Virus record (IMG/VR): IMGVR_UViG_3300020578_003649
Span: 1 to 61,932 of that record
DNA from: a virus
Taxonomy: Duplodnaviria > Caudoviricetes
Direction: 5' to 3' (one strand)
Length of the DNA: 61,932 nucleotides
Part shown: positions 18,974-28,327 of the stretch, piece after piece
Layout of the letters: every line of letters starts with the position of its first letter
Numbering within the stretch: position 1 is the stretch's first letter
Notes under the pieces: model-generated
Database searches by the model: none
The model's input: only the letters and a program-made list of their open reading frames with translations
What the model was told of the DNA's origin: nothing
Translations under genes and position numbers: made by a program

Positions 18974-21009
18974 AATAAATCTTTTAGTTTAATAACACCG
19001 TCAGCTATATTTTTCATTTTAAGTATTTCACTTTTATTTGATCGCAATTGTTTTACTATCTGAGATACTAGTTGTTTATATTGTTTCGGAGAATTTGCAT
19101 GCAACGTATTAAATAATGTCTCCGTAGATCGATTTGTACCAAATTGTGACGTAGTTTTACTAAAAAGTAATTTCCGAACATCATTAGTAAAATACTTTGA
19201 ATTGTCTGTTGTAAAATATTTAATTGCATCATCTAAAACTTGCAAAGTTTTTTTCTTACCTGCAGTTTTAGCTAATTTATTTGTTCCATATACAATTTGT
19301 TCTAATGCCTGTGGCCTAAGTGCACTTTGTTCAAAATCATGAAAATAATAGTTTTTAAACCAATTTTTTGTTGGATTTTTAGCATCTGGTTGGAATGTCC
19401 AACGCATCCCCGCGCGCGGATCATATGATACATTTAATTTTTTACTTTGCGTAATAGCAGGATCTTTTATGTGGGCTAATTCGTGAGTTAATACACTTTT
19501 GAATTGTTGTTTATTAATTGTACCAGATTTAGTCATAAATCTTTCAGGTACCATATATATTTCGCCAGCATCGGTTGCCCAACCGCGTGATGTTTTCTCG
19601 CCGAGAGTTTCAGCCCTAGATAAAGTTACCATATGTACTTTAACATCTCGTGTTATCATACGGGGTTGGCCTGGCAGAATTTTAGTATGTTTTTGTCCTA
19701 TATTTGTTGGACTAGGAAATTCATATCTAGCAGCCATTGGTGCTCGTACATTTGCATTTTTTATGTTATATGTTTTAAAATATATTTCATACCAATTTTC
19801 TGGCGAGCCTTTTTGACTTAATTTAAATACATCATCTGCAATTTGATCTAAACTTTGTAATTCTGTAGGCGAAAATTTAATTCCAGCAGTGATGCCTAAG
19901 CCTTGCGCAGCAAATTTCTTTTCAGCCATTTGTTTTATATCTTGGTAAGTATATTTACCATTAAATATTCCAGATTGTACAGACTGCCATTCTTCAGGTG
20001 TTAACGATTTTTTATATGCTTGAAGTTTTGGATCTTTAAGAATAGCTTTCCATGTTTCAGCAGGTGTTTTTACTGAATCATATAAAAACTTTTCATGTTG
20101 TTGAAATTGTCTAATTAGATTTGCTTCGTCATCCGGTAAAGATGCCAATTCTTTCTCAGTAATACTTTTAAAGGATCCTGTTTTGTTAAAACTTTTAAAT
20201 TTTGAAATCTTTGCACCTAATTTTGCTAACGCTGCCCTTTTAAATTTTTGTACTGCAGGAATTCTTTGTACAACACGACTAATAAATGGTAATGCTGCAA
20301 AAAATGCAGAAACGCCGGCTCCAAATTTATTTCCTTCATCCCAATAAAGTTTTGCATCAGCTGTCATGGCTAAACTAGCTAAGCCAATGCCAACCGGGCC
20401 AGCAAAATAAAGTAATGATGCTGCATTTTCAATTCCAGCGTGCATTTCATGAGATTTAAATGCTGATAATAAATTAGTTGTATATGGCGCGTACAACGCC
20501 GGGTCCATTAACATTTTATACAACAAATCTTTTTTTATTGAATTTTTTTTCGATGCCCAATTGTTAAATAACATTTGCAATGTCTGAGCTTCAGATGGTC
20601 TTCGGCTACTACTAGGAACCATTCCTGCAGCGCCCGGGCGCCGATAACTAATCTCTTCGATTAAGTCTTCCCAAGTAAAAACTTTCTTAACTGTCCAGAA
20701 CCAATCTTTTTGAGGTAATACTTTTACTAAATGTTCAGCTACTTTATATAAGTCTCTGAAATCCATGAATTCGTGGAGATATTCTCCTAATCCACGATTA
20801 CCTGTTAATTTCTGCAATTCTCTATTAACTAGTTTATATTGTTCAATTGATAATATTTGTTTTATAGAGCTTAATGCTCCCTTTTCATTATCTAAAAAAA
20901 TACCTTTTGAATCATATATTTGTTGTGCTAGTTTTTTCGCAGCTTCTTGCTTTACTTGTTGTTGAGATTTGAATTTTTGTTCATCGAGTAAATTTACTAG
21001 CTGTATCAT
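18970..21009 (-). CDS. multidomain protein: annexin-like repeat, hydrophobic hairpin, HExxH domain
   Basis: Start MIQLVNLLDE; hydrophobic LLYFAGPVGIGL...AFFAALPF; LTHELAH; ends VIKLKDLL. Confidence 0.7.
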   Translation of the reverse strand: MIQLVNLLDEQKFKSQQQVKQEAAKKLAQQIYDSKGIFLDNEKGALSSIKQILSIEQYKLVNRELQKLTGNRGLGEYLHEFMDFRDLYKVAEHLVKVLPQKDWFWTVKKVFTWEDLIEEISYRRPGAAGMVPSSSRRPSEAQTLQMLFNNWASKKNSIKKDLLYKMLMDPALYAPYTTNLLSAFKSHEMHAGIENAASLLYFAGPVGIGLASLAMTADAKLYWDEGNKFGAGVSAFFAALPFISRVVQRIPAVQKFKRAALAKLGAKISKFKSFNKTGSFKSITEKELASLPDDEANLIRQFQQHEKFLYDSVKTPAETWKAILKDPKLQAYKKSLTPEEWQSVQSGIFNGKYTYQDIKQMAEKKFAAQGLGITAGIKFSPTELQSLDQIADDVFKLSQKGSPENWYEIYFKTYNIKNANVRAPMAARYEFPSPTNIGQKHTKILPGQPRMITRDVKVHMVTLSRAETLGEKTSRGWATDAGEIYMVPERFMTKSGTINKQQFKSVLTHELAHIKDPAITQSKKLNVSYDPRAGMRWTFQPDAKNPTKNWFKNYYFHDFEQSALRPQALEQIVYGTNKLAKTAGKKKTLQVLDDAIKYFTTDNSKYFTNDVRKLLFSKTTSQFGTNRSTETLFNTLHANSPKQYKQLVSQIVKQLRSNKSEILKMKNIADGVIKLKDLL

Positions 21010-21020
21010 ATTAATAAATA

Positions 21021-21575
21021 TCACTCAAGTAAATTGTAATTCCAATATTTTTCTTTTTCTTCATTATACGGATTACCTGTTTGTTGATAATAACAATTTA
21101 GACAAAGCATTTGTAAATTTGCAACAACGTGATTAGTTTCGTCACCATCTAGATGATCTAGTTTCAATGGCACTGTATCATCTGTTATTCTTCGTTCTGA
21201 ATAACCACAACTTGCACATTCTTCTTTAAAGATTCCTAATGCCAATAATCTATTTCGAAGTTTCCAAGAAGGATAGTTAGGATGCTTACCTGACAATATA
21301 TTATCAATAGAGTAGATACCTTTTGATGCTTTCTGAACATCTTTAGGGATACCTACTCCAAATTGATTTTTATGTAGCTCATATAATGTTTTACCAGTAT
21401 CTCGATCTGTATATAATCGAGCATACTTTTTATAAGTAGTAAATGATACTTTAAGAAAGCGAGCGGCTTCTGCATTAGACTTTGTATTTTCCATTGCATA
21501 ACGAATTTCACTTTCTGGTATATCTAAAGCAGTTTTGCCTATACCATATACATACTTATATTGTTTATCTGCCAT
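21021..21575 (-). CDS. HNH-type nuclease with N-terminal HTH
   Basis: CASCG...LKLDHLDGDETNHVVANLQMLCLNC. Confidence 0.8.
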   Translation of the reverse strand: MADKQYKYVYGIGKTALDIPESEIRYAMENTKSNAEAARFLKVSFTTYKKYARLYTDRDTGKTLYELHKNQFGVGIPKDVQKASKGIYSIDNILSGKHPNYPSWKLRNRLLALGIFKEECASCGYSERRITDDTVPLKLDHLDGDETNHVVANLQMLCLNCYYQQTGNPYNEEKEKYWNYNLLE

Positions 21576-21961
21576 TAATAAACTCCATGTTTACGAAGCT
21601 CTGACACAGCATCGCGAGGCATCGTTTTTGTATCATACATTTCTAAAAGCATTGATTTTAATTTAATTGCTTGATCATTAAAAAATGATGAATGCACTTT
21701 AGATTGTTTTTGAACTTCAGCAATCCAAAATGAATAAACTGGAAATGCATCATCAAATCTATCAGCATCGGTTCGATTCTCCCAATATTCAATTTGATCT
21801 TTCAATGGCCACATATGAATTGGAAGATCTGGATCTTTTCTGATACCGGGTTTACGTACTAAATGTTTTTCTTTATTCATATTCTTTGATATGAATTTGT
21901 CCATAATGTTAATTGAACGATCCTTCGGCGATTCGCCAGTGTGTGCAGATTTTCTACCCAT
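21575..21961 (-). CDS. hypothetical protein
   Basis: ORF track. Confidence 0.7.
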   Translation of the reverse strand: MGRKSAHTGESPKDRSINIMDKFISKNMNKEKHLVRKPGIRKDPDLPIHMWPLKDQIEYWENRTDADRFDDAFPVYSFWIAEVQKQSKVHSSFFNDQAIKLKSMLLEMYDTKTMPRDAVSELRKHGVY

Positions 21962-22139
21962 TTGTTTTTATTTTATTTGTTAGTATAACTATTTTACGCC
22001 ATGCATCTTCTGCTGCATAGATATATTTTTTAAAATTTATGATGTCTCTTGATTCGCGGGCTTTGTCAGCTCGTTTCATATTTCTATGATATGTTGCATG
22101 TAACAACCCAATTTTTATTTTTATAATAAATGTAATCAT
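21954..22139 (-). CDS. small hypothetical protein
   Basis: ORF track, coupled. Confidence 0.6.
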   Translation of the reverse strand: MITFIIKIKIGLLHATYHRNMKRADKARESRDIINFKKYIYAAEDAWRKIVILTNKIKTNG

Positions 22140-22402
22140 TTTACTTGTTTTTTAACTATAGTTTTCAATTTACATTGATTAAGTATATTACTAACATGCA
22201 TACATTCTTCATAACTATCTGCGTATATCGCACACAGTTTTGCTTGATCAACTATTATTGCACATTGATATGCTTGCAATTCATTAAAATCACAGTATGA
22301 CATCAAACAATCTACAACATGATCAAATGTAATTCGATCATCATTGTATAAGACTACTTCATGAAGTCCTTTGTTAGATTTTTTGTAAACTTTCTTTGAC
22401 AT
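22136..22402 (-). CDS. clpS: ClpS-like N-degron adaptor
   Basis: VVLYNDDRITFDHVVDCL...QAYQCAIIV. Confidence 0.8.
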   Translation of the reverse strand: MSKKVYKKSNKGLHEVVLYNDDRITFDHVVDCLMSYCDFNELQAYQCAIIVDQAKLCAIYADSYEECMHVSNILNQCKLKTIVKKQVK

Positions 22403-22574
22403 CTCTAATTATTACACATTGTTCAAACAATTCGCGATCTTCTGCAAAACGCAATGATTCGTTTAAAAATTTCATTTTACGTTCAGTATCCCAATATTCA
22501 GGCCAATCCCATTTATCAGTAGCCATTACGTTGATAGAATCAACAAATAAACGTTCTATGAAATTATGATCCAT
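22374..22574 (-). CDS. small hypothetical protein (UVR-like C-terminus)
   Basis: ELFEQCVIIRD. Confidence 0.6.
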   Translation of the reverse strand: MDHNFIERLFVDSINVMATDKWDWPEYWDTERKMKFLNESLRFAEDRELFEQCVIIRDVKESLQKI

Positions 22575-22599
22575 AACTTATTATATGAAAAATTAAATA

Positions 22600-23043
22600 T
22601 CAATCCAAATCAAAATATTTTTTTAATTGATTGATTGTATCTTGTACATTATTAGGATTATGTTTAATACCAATACCTTTTTTCATTTCCCACGCATTAA
22701 TATTATCTAAACTGTCATCAATAAGTATAGATTTTGGATTTGCATAAATATTTTTACTAATACCGGTTGCTACAAATTTGACATCAGGTGTTGGTTTTAA
22801 GTATTGATTAATTTGATCTCGTTTAGTCTTTTCATTGGCAACTCGATTTGATGTACCTACTGCTGAAAGTATTATTGGATCTAAATTTTTTATTTTATCC
22901 CAAAGTGCTGCGCCAATATACTCAGTTTTATTTCCATTACCTCCTACATCGGCACTCATTTTTTTAAATAACACATCACCCATATCAACATATAATGTAT
23001 ATGTAGCTAATTCTTCATTTAATAAAGATTTTAAACGTATCAT
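22600..23043 (-). CDS. HAD-fold 5'(3')-deoxyribonucleotidase-like protein with altered motif I
   Basis: YVDMGDVL (canonical DMDGVL), ILIDD..NI..W...GIGI.H; N-terminus MIRLKSLLNE. Confidence 0.7.
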   Translation of the reverse strand: MIRLKSLLNEELATYTLYVDMGDVLFKKMSADVGGNGNKTEYIGAALWDKIKNLDPIILSAVGTSNRVANEKTKRDQINQYLKPTPDVKFVATGISKNIYANPKSILIDDSLDNINAWEMKKGIGIKHNPNNVQDTINQLKKYFDLD

Positions 23044-23054
23044 ATTATTACTTA

Positions 23055-23936
23055 TTATGTAATTACTAACTTAAGATCATGGTCTAAAGAAGAATCACTA
23101 GTATTTATCATTAAAATATATGTACCTGGCGACGCCGGCGCTTCAAATTTTAATATTCCTTGTTGTACATTATCCCAATGATGCTCATCAACCATTTGGC
23201 CAAACAATTTATAAATTTTTATATCAATTGAATCAATTGGTAATATGTTAGATGATACTTTTATTGTAATTGCATCTCCAGGCTTTGCTGGATTCGGATA
23301 CATAGTATAATTAGAATCTGATTTTTTATTAGATGTATTATCTTTTGCTGTAGTTGTATTAGATGATACATTACTTTTTATAAATTTGTCAATCTTTAAA
23401 GCATTATCGATACGTTGTTGTTTGCTGCCTGGTATTGGTTTAAAAACATTATCCATTAAATTTGCAGCACTAGCTGCAATATCTCCAGATACTATACTAC
23501 GATCATATTTTTTAACATATTCTTTTGATAAACCTTTATATGTACCATCTTCTTGTTTGTAATACATCAATGCTTTATCAATACCAGGTATTGGTTTGTC
23601 GTACCATAAGTAACCATTTTTTAATTCACATTTCATGAAATCTAATTGAGTTGATAATGCACTTTTAGATTTTCCAATATGTTTTGCAAATGCAGTTAAT
23701 GCTTGTTTACGTCCATAGCCCGGATCCCATTGACATAATCCATAACCGCCGGTACCGCCTGCTTCAGTGGTATCTGGATCGCAACCCGATTCATGTGATA
23801 TGTTACCAGCTAATGCTACCGCACCAGTATAACTAAAACCGCGGGCTTGTAAACCTTTTACAATTTCTTTAGCTTTTTCTAGTTCGCCAGGAGCATTTAG
23901 ATCAAATTCTAACAATAAAGATTTAAGGCGTATCAT
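23055..23936 (-). CDS. phage tail-type lysozyme domain fused to T9SS type A-like C-terminal domain
   Basis: ALAGNISHESG..P...GYGLCQW...QLDF..EL; C-terminal MYPNPA...IKIYKLFGQMV...PGTYILMI...KLVI. Confidence 0.75.
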   Translation of the reverse strand: MIRLKSLLLEFDLNAPGELEKAKEIVKGLQARGFSYTGAVALAGNISHESGCDPDTTEAGGTGGYGLCQWDPGYGRKQALTAFAKHIGKSKSALSTQLDFMKCELKNGYLWYDKPIPGIDKALMYYKQEDGTYKGLSKEYVKKYDRSIVSGDIAASAANLMDNVFKPIPGSKQQRIDNALKIDKFIKSNVSSNTTTAKDNTSNKKSDSNYTMYPNPAKPGDAITIKVSSNILPIDSIDIKIYKLFGQMVDEHHWDNVQQGILKFEAPASPGTYILMINTSDSSLDHDLKLVIT

Positions 23937-24268
23937 TATTTGCCTTTTGTCTCACGAATAATCAATTCACCTAAAACTTCTAATCGGCCTACTTCTCTTT
24001 GAAACTCAATTTGTGTCATGGATGTAGATATTTTTTTATATGTAACATCATATTCTTTTTTAGCTTCATCTAAATTAAATTTTCCAGCAGCTGCTTTTTT
24101 ATAATATGGAAGTTTAACTTTGAAATGATGCCATGTTAAAAGAGCTAAGCCTCCTTTTTTCTTTGCATTGTTAACAATCTTCTCAGCACCAGCTTCTCTA
24201 GTGTCAGCAAATGTTTCAAAAGTTTCTTTTTTATCTTTTGATTCAAAAAGTAAATTCATTAGTTTCAT
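23936..24268 (-). CDS. hypothetical protein, probably virion-internal
   Basis: N-terminus MKLMNLLFE; ATATTTAT upstream. Confidence 0.7.
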   Translation of the reverse strand: MKLMNLLFESKDKKETFETFADTREAGAEKIVNNAKKKGGLALLTWHHFKVKLPYYKKAAAGKFNLDEAKKEYDVTYKKISTSMTQIEFQREVGRLEVLGELIIRETKGK

Positions 24269-24281
24269 ATTAATAAATATA

Positions 24282-24683
24282 TTACCACATTTCTTCTTGA
24301 GTATATATACAAACTATTTCTTCATCCCGTTCAATATCGCGGATTGCTACAAATTCATCTAAAGTTAAATCGTGAATAACATTTGGAGAATCAGAATGAT
24401 TTACAAAATATGCTAAATTAATATTATTTGGTGTACGAGATAAAAATATTCCGTCAGATGTAGAATTACACATTGTATTTAAATATGATTTTACATCTTC
24501 ATGCAAACCTGAAAGTTCTGTCCACTGAATAAATATAGTATCAGCAGTAACATCATGTAGTAATACATCTCCTTTTCTTATCGGACGTATTGCAAATAAA
24601 CCAACTCCAGAGCAAACCTTAGATGGTTTCAAACGAAGATTAGTATTATGAAGTATGTTTTGAATTATTTCCCGTTTCGTCAT
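24282..24683 (-). CDS. SET-domain methyltransferase
   Basis: GVGLFAIRPIRKG, FVNHSDSPN, AIRDIERDEEIVCIY. Confidence 0.88.
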   Translation of the reverse strand: MTKREIIQNILHNTNLRLKPSKVCSGVGLFAIRPIRKGDVLLHDVTADTIFIQWTELSGLHEDVKSYLNTMCNSTSDGIFLSRTPNNINLAYFVNHSDSPNVIHDLTLDEFVAIRDIERDEEIVCIYTQEEMW

Positions 24684-25308
24684 CTTGAGTTGTAAAATTA
24701 GTTATATAATTATAGTCAGTTTCAAAACCACCTTTACCTTCAACGGTATAGATATTCATATCAATTCTATATCCTGGATTTTTGTCAATGCGTTTAAATG
24801 TCCAAGCATTATCCATCCATATGATTCTATTATTAGGATAAATAAAAAAGTTACCATTATCCATCTTGAATACATGGCCACATTTGTGTTCTGGGGTTTC
24901 TGAGAAATTAGTATCTAATACATTTCTATTTTCATGAGACCAATCTAATGTAAACATATATATACCTTGCCGTTTAACACCCGTAATGGAAATTAAATCA
25001 GCTCGTAAACCAGATAAACGTTCTCTAATTTGTACATCAATATATGATGAAAAACAATCCCAATATACATGTTCTGTTAAAGGAAGAATTTCGGCATCCT
25101 TTTTCCAACAAAATGCATGGATAGGTCTTCGAGTCCAATTAACTCCATTTTCTAAAAAAGCCTCAAAGAGAGGTGTTCTTTTTTGTATAGATGCTACACT
25201 ATGCACGTCAGCTAAAGTAAATTCTGCATGTCCACGTTCGTGATTAAACATGAATTCATTTCGTATATAACATGTAATAGTTGGAATGTTTGCATTTAAA
25301 TATGCCAT
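24646..25308 (-). CDS. conserved phage hypothetical protein
   Basis: 220-aa ORF, YLNANIP...WDCFS...EHKCGH...YPNNR. Confidence 0.75.
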   Translation of the reverse strand: MAYLNANIPTITCYIRNEFMFNHERGHAEFTLADVHSVASIQKRTPLFEAFLENGVNWTRRPIHAFCWKKDAEILPLTEHVYWDCFSSYIDVQIRERLSGLRADLISITGVKRQGIYMFTLDWSHENRNVLDTNFSETPEHKCGHVFKMDNGNFFIYPNNRIIWMDNAWTFKRIDKNPGYRIDMNIYTVEGKGGFETDYNYITNFTTQDDETGNNSKHTS

Positions 25309-25314
25309 ATAACT

Positions 25315-25782
25315 TTATTTTTTATGTTTTGATATTTCAACTGCTGCCAATTGAGCTAATGCTGCTTTTTTAGATTTAGGACGTTTAGATAATCTTCTGC
25401 CAGTTTCCGTTGTAGCAAAATATCCTGATTCTGTTTTTTCAATGCGTTCTGGCATCAATTGTTTTAAATGATTCTTGAAGTTAGCAGGAACGAATTGAGG
25501 TTGTTGCATATTATATGAATCTTGTTCCGATCCGTGATGCATTTCATTCATTAAAAAATCGCCTACCTCTTGAATATCATCTTTCGATGTAGCAATATGA
25601 TCTGCTGCCCAATCGTGTCCATCACTCAATATTTCTTGAACTTGATTTGGATCTAATTCTAACAATGCATCTACATATTTCTTGATTGTTTTTAAATTGC
25701 CAAAGAACATGTAATTGCTATTGTTATCATTACATCCGCTGTTTCCGCCGCAACCGCAGCTACATTCATTTAATTTTTTCAT
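25315..25782 (-). CDS. hypothetical protein, probably virion-internal
   Basis: MKKLNECSCGCGG; NYMFF..L; DGHDWAADHI; basic C-terminal module. Confidence 0.7.
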   Translation of the reverse strand: MKKLNECSCGCGGNSGCNDNNSNYMFFGNLKTIKKYVDALLELDPNQVQEILSDGHDWAADHIATSKDDIQEVGDFLMNEMHHGSEQDSYNMQQPQFVPANFKNHLKQLMPERIEKTESGYFATTETGRRLSKRPKSKKAALAQLAAVEISKHKK

Positions 25783-25785
25783 TTA

Positions 25786-26292
25786 CTATCCTCCTGCGGT
25801 GAACTCAGGGCTTGCGAGCCATTGCGAACCATCATGAATATACAAAACACCGGTGCTAAAACTCCAATATATACTGCCGCGCGCCGGACTACTTGGCTGA
25901 GTTGTTGGTAAAATAAAATTACCCGAACTGCCTAATGTGCCCAAATTCATAATCAATGTACTAGACCCCGTTATATTACCAGCTAATGGACCATTAACAC
26001 TTAAACTACCAGTTACACCTAATGAACCAGTAATTCTAGCAGATCCTGTAAATGGAAAACTAGATGCATTTGCTACAAATGAAGCCGTCGTTGCAAATGA
26101 TGCAGTCGTTGCAAATGATGCAGTCGTTGCAAATGATGCAGTCGTTGCAATACCAGTTAATGAACCACTAAAAGAACCAGTTGCAATAATAGTATCTGTA
26201 CTTACTCCGCTTAATGCATCGATTGCACGTGTAATGTGTTCAGCTTGAACTGTACCACCATTAGTAATACCGGTTTTATTTATTACTGCCAT
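25786..26292 (-). CDS. fibre-like structural protein with ATTASF repeats
   Basis: TGSFSGSLTG, (ATTASF)x4, GSIYW...LYIHDGSQW. Confidence 0.7.
   Translation of the reverse strand: MAVINKTGITNGGTVQAEHITRAIDALSGVSTDTIIATGSFSGSLTGIATTASFATTASFATTASFATTASFVANASSFPFTGSARITGSLGVTGSLSVNGPLAGNITGSSTLIMNLGTLGSSGNFILPTTQPSSPARGSIYWSFSTGVLYIHDGSQWLASPEFTAGG
26077..26150. repeat. 18-bp coding tandem repeat (~4 copies)
   Basis: GTCGTTGCAAATGATGCA units. Confidence 0.85.
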
Positions 26293-26467
26293 TTACATTC
26301 CTTTTTTTATAAATAGGCCAATTCTTAGTTTTTTCATTTAGCCATTCTTGTCGATCATCGCACCCGCAATCTTCATTTAAAATTTGAGCAATACGCTTTG
26401 CAATTTGATCTAACTTGGTTACACTAGTTATTTTTTTAATATCATCACCCAAACCTTTACTTGACAT
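26276..26467 (-). CDS. small hypothetical protein
   Basis: SKGLGD.I...DCGCDDRQEWLN motif; start moved to MSSKG. Confidence 0.7.
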   Translation of the reverse strand: MSSKGLGDDIKKITSVTKLDQIAKRIAQILNEDCGCDDRQEWLNEKTKNWPIYKKRNVNGSNK

Positions 26468-27503
26468 AACGTGCTCCATTTTTAATCTTATTCATTAATT
26501 GAATCATCATTGTTTGCCATTGTGGTGTTCTAGGTATTTCAAATACCATAGTACCTGGAAATTGATATGATTGTTCTGGTTTCATTAGTTGCATATGACC
26601 CATATCATCGATACCTAAAACTTGATGTGGTACATTTTTCATTGTAATTTGATTGCTAGGTATCATGGTACATTGACCTGGATGATTCCATTGACCCATT
26701 GCATCTTGTACTGCATTAGTATGTTTCATTACATGATGCCAATCTTCCGTAGTCATACGTTTTTCTTGCATAATATGTTTTGATAATAAATCAGTTACTG
26801 TGTCAGCATCCGTACTTTCAATAGTTAATTGTCGTACGGTGTTTTGTTGCAACAATTCTTTCAAATGTTCAATCAAACCTTTATTTCTGAGATACTTGAA
26901 TGCTAAATTTTCAATTGAATATTCGCCTTCTGTTTCTAATCCAGCTTGGCGCAATTCTCGTATCCTTAGTAATATTTCTCGAATTCTTTTTTCTAAATTC
27001 GGATGATCTTTTTTTAGATTGGTAATTTCATATTCAAATGGTTCTGCTTTCATTTGAATTAATGCATCATCAATTGATATAAGATCTGGCTGTGGACGAT
27101 TTATCCATTTTTGTTGCATAACAGAATAGATGCCAACCGATGAATGTAAATTCTCATTTTTATCTTGTGCATACAACTCAATATCAATTCCTTTGTATTT
27201 TAAAGGAAAATTATGAGTCCATATTGCTTTTTTTAAATGAAGATAATTTTTTGTCATATGCAAATTATCACTAACTTGCATGAAATTAATTACAACATGT
27301 AAATCAATATCACTATACTTAGTCCAATTATAGTTTGCATTACTACCAATCAAAATTACATCTAATATTGGTGCATTGATTTCTAAAAACTCATAAAATT
27401 TTTCTGCAATTTTCATGAAATTTTTATGAAGTCCAGACCGTAGTTCGCCATCTTTCCATATTGCAGGATTCAATTCACTATGTGTTTGATATTCTTTTAG
27501 CAT
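26457..27503 (-). CDS. Pol-beta superfamily nucleotidyltransferase with C-terminal accessory domain
   Basis: IGSNANYNWTKYSDIDLHV...DIELYAQD...GEYSIENLAFK. Confidence 0.8.
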   Translation of the reverse strand: MLKEYQTHSELNPAIWKDGELRSGLHKNFMKIAEKFYEFLEINAPILDVILIGSNANYNWTKYSDIDLHVVINFMQVSDNLHMTKNYLHLKKAIWTHNFPLKYKGIDIELYAQDKNENLHSSVGIYSVMQQKWINRPQPDLISIDDALIQMKAEPFEYEITNLKKDHPNLEKRIREILLRIRELRQAGLETEGEYSIENLAFKYLRNKGLIEHLKELLQQNTVRQLTIESTDADTVTDLLSKHIMQEKRMTTEDWHHVMKHTNAVQDAMGQWNHPGQCTMIPSNQITMKNVPHQVLGIDDMGHMQLMKPEQSYQFPGTMVFEIPRTPQWQTMMIQLMNKIKNGARYVK

Positions 27504-27518
27504 CTATTATAAATATCT

Positions 27519-27866
27519 CTATTTCCAAAATAGCTGTACTAAAATAAGAGAGAATGCTAATATTAATGATACGGCTGTTTTCATATTGATTCCTTCATCT
27601 TTAAACAAATATGTCATCAAAGTAAAAATCAATATTCCAGAAACAAATGATAAAAATCTACCGGGCCAAAATAATCCTGAAAACCCGCTGACAGAAAAAC
27701 GTGTTGCTTCCATGAATGCCCATGTAATAGGAATGCCTGCTAACATCAATATCCAACGATATGTTTTCGCCCATGGCCATATTAGCGGGCCATTAGTTTG
27801 AACCCAAACGATTACTTGCCCAAATAAAAATATTAAAAATGCGTAGATTAAATGTTTGTAGTTCAT
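27519..27866 (-). CDS. four-TM membrane protein (SMR/EamA-like size)
   Basis: Four hydrophobic helices. Confidence 0.7.
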   Translation of the reverse strand: MNYKHLIYAFLIFLFGQVIVWVQTNGPLIWPWAKTYRWILMLAGIPITWAFMEATRFSVSGFSGLFWPGRFLSFVSGILIFTLMTYLFKDEGINMKTAVSLILAFSLILVQLFWK

Positions 27867-27901
27867 AATAAATAATAAAGAATAATTAAACGTATTCCAA
27901 A

Positions 27902-28327
27902 TTATTTACGATCGCCTTTGTGTAGATCTATTTTATCAAGAATTGTATTTAATGCTGCTATATCTATGAACCCAGATATTGAAGCATTTTTAAGTGCACT
28001 TATCAATTGAAAAACAATAAAAGGGACTAGAATAGTTTCACTCAACCAACTAGTCCCTTTAAATCCTTGTTCTACCATTAACAATGTTGTAAGCAGGATA
28101 ATCCATGTTACAAGAGTTTTTAAAACTTTAAGTGCCTTGCAAGTCTGAAATCCTTCTCGTTTAATACCAGCAATTACACCAAAGAAGCCATCTGCCATTA
28201 CTACTCCAACCAGTGCCAAGTATTGATCTGAATTTGACATTGCCAAATTGAAAAAATAAGTGCATATGAATGCCATAATCGTACCCAATGAATATATCCC
28301 CGCTGTTGCTAATGTAGTTGTTTTCAT
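27902..28327 (-). CDS. holin (phage holin family 4-like)
   Basis: Three TM helices, DGFFGVIAG, QLISALKNA; next to endolysins. Confidence 0.7.
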   Translation of the reverse strand: MKTTTLATAGIYSLGTIMAFICTYFFNLAMSNSDQYLALVGVVMADGFFGVIAGIKREGFQTCKALKVLKTLVTWIILLTTLLMVEQGFKGTSWLSETILVPFIVFQLISALKNASISGFIDIAALNTILDKIDLHKGDRK

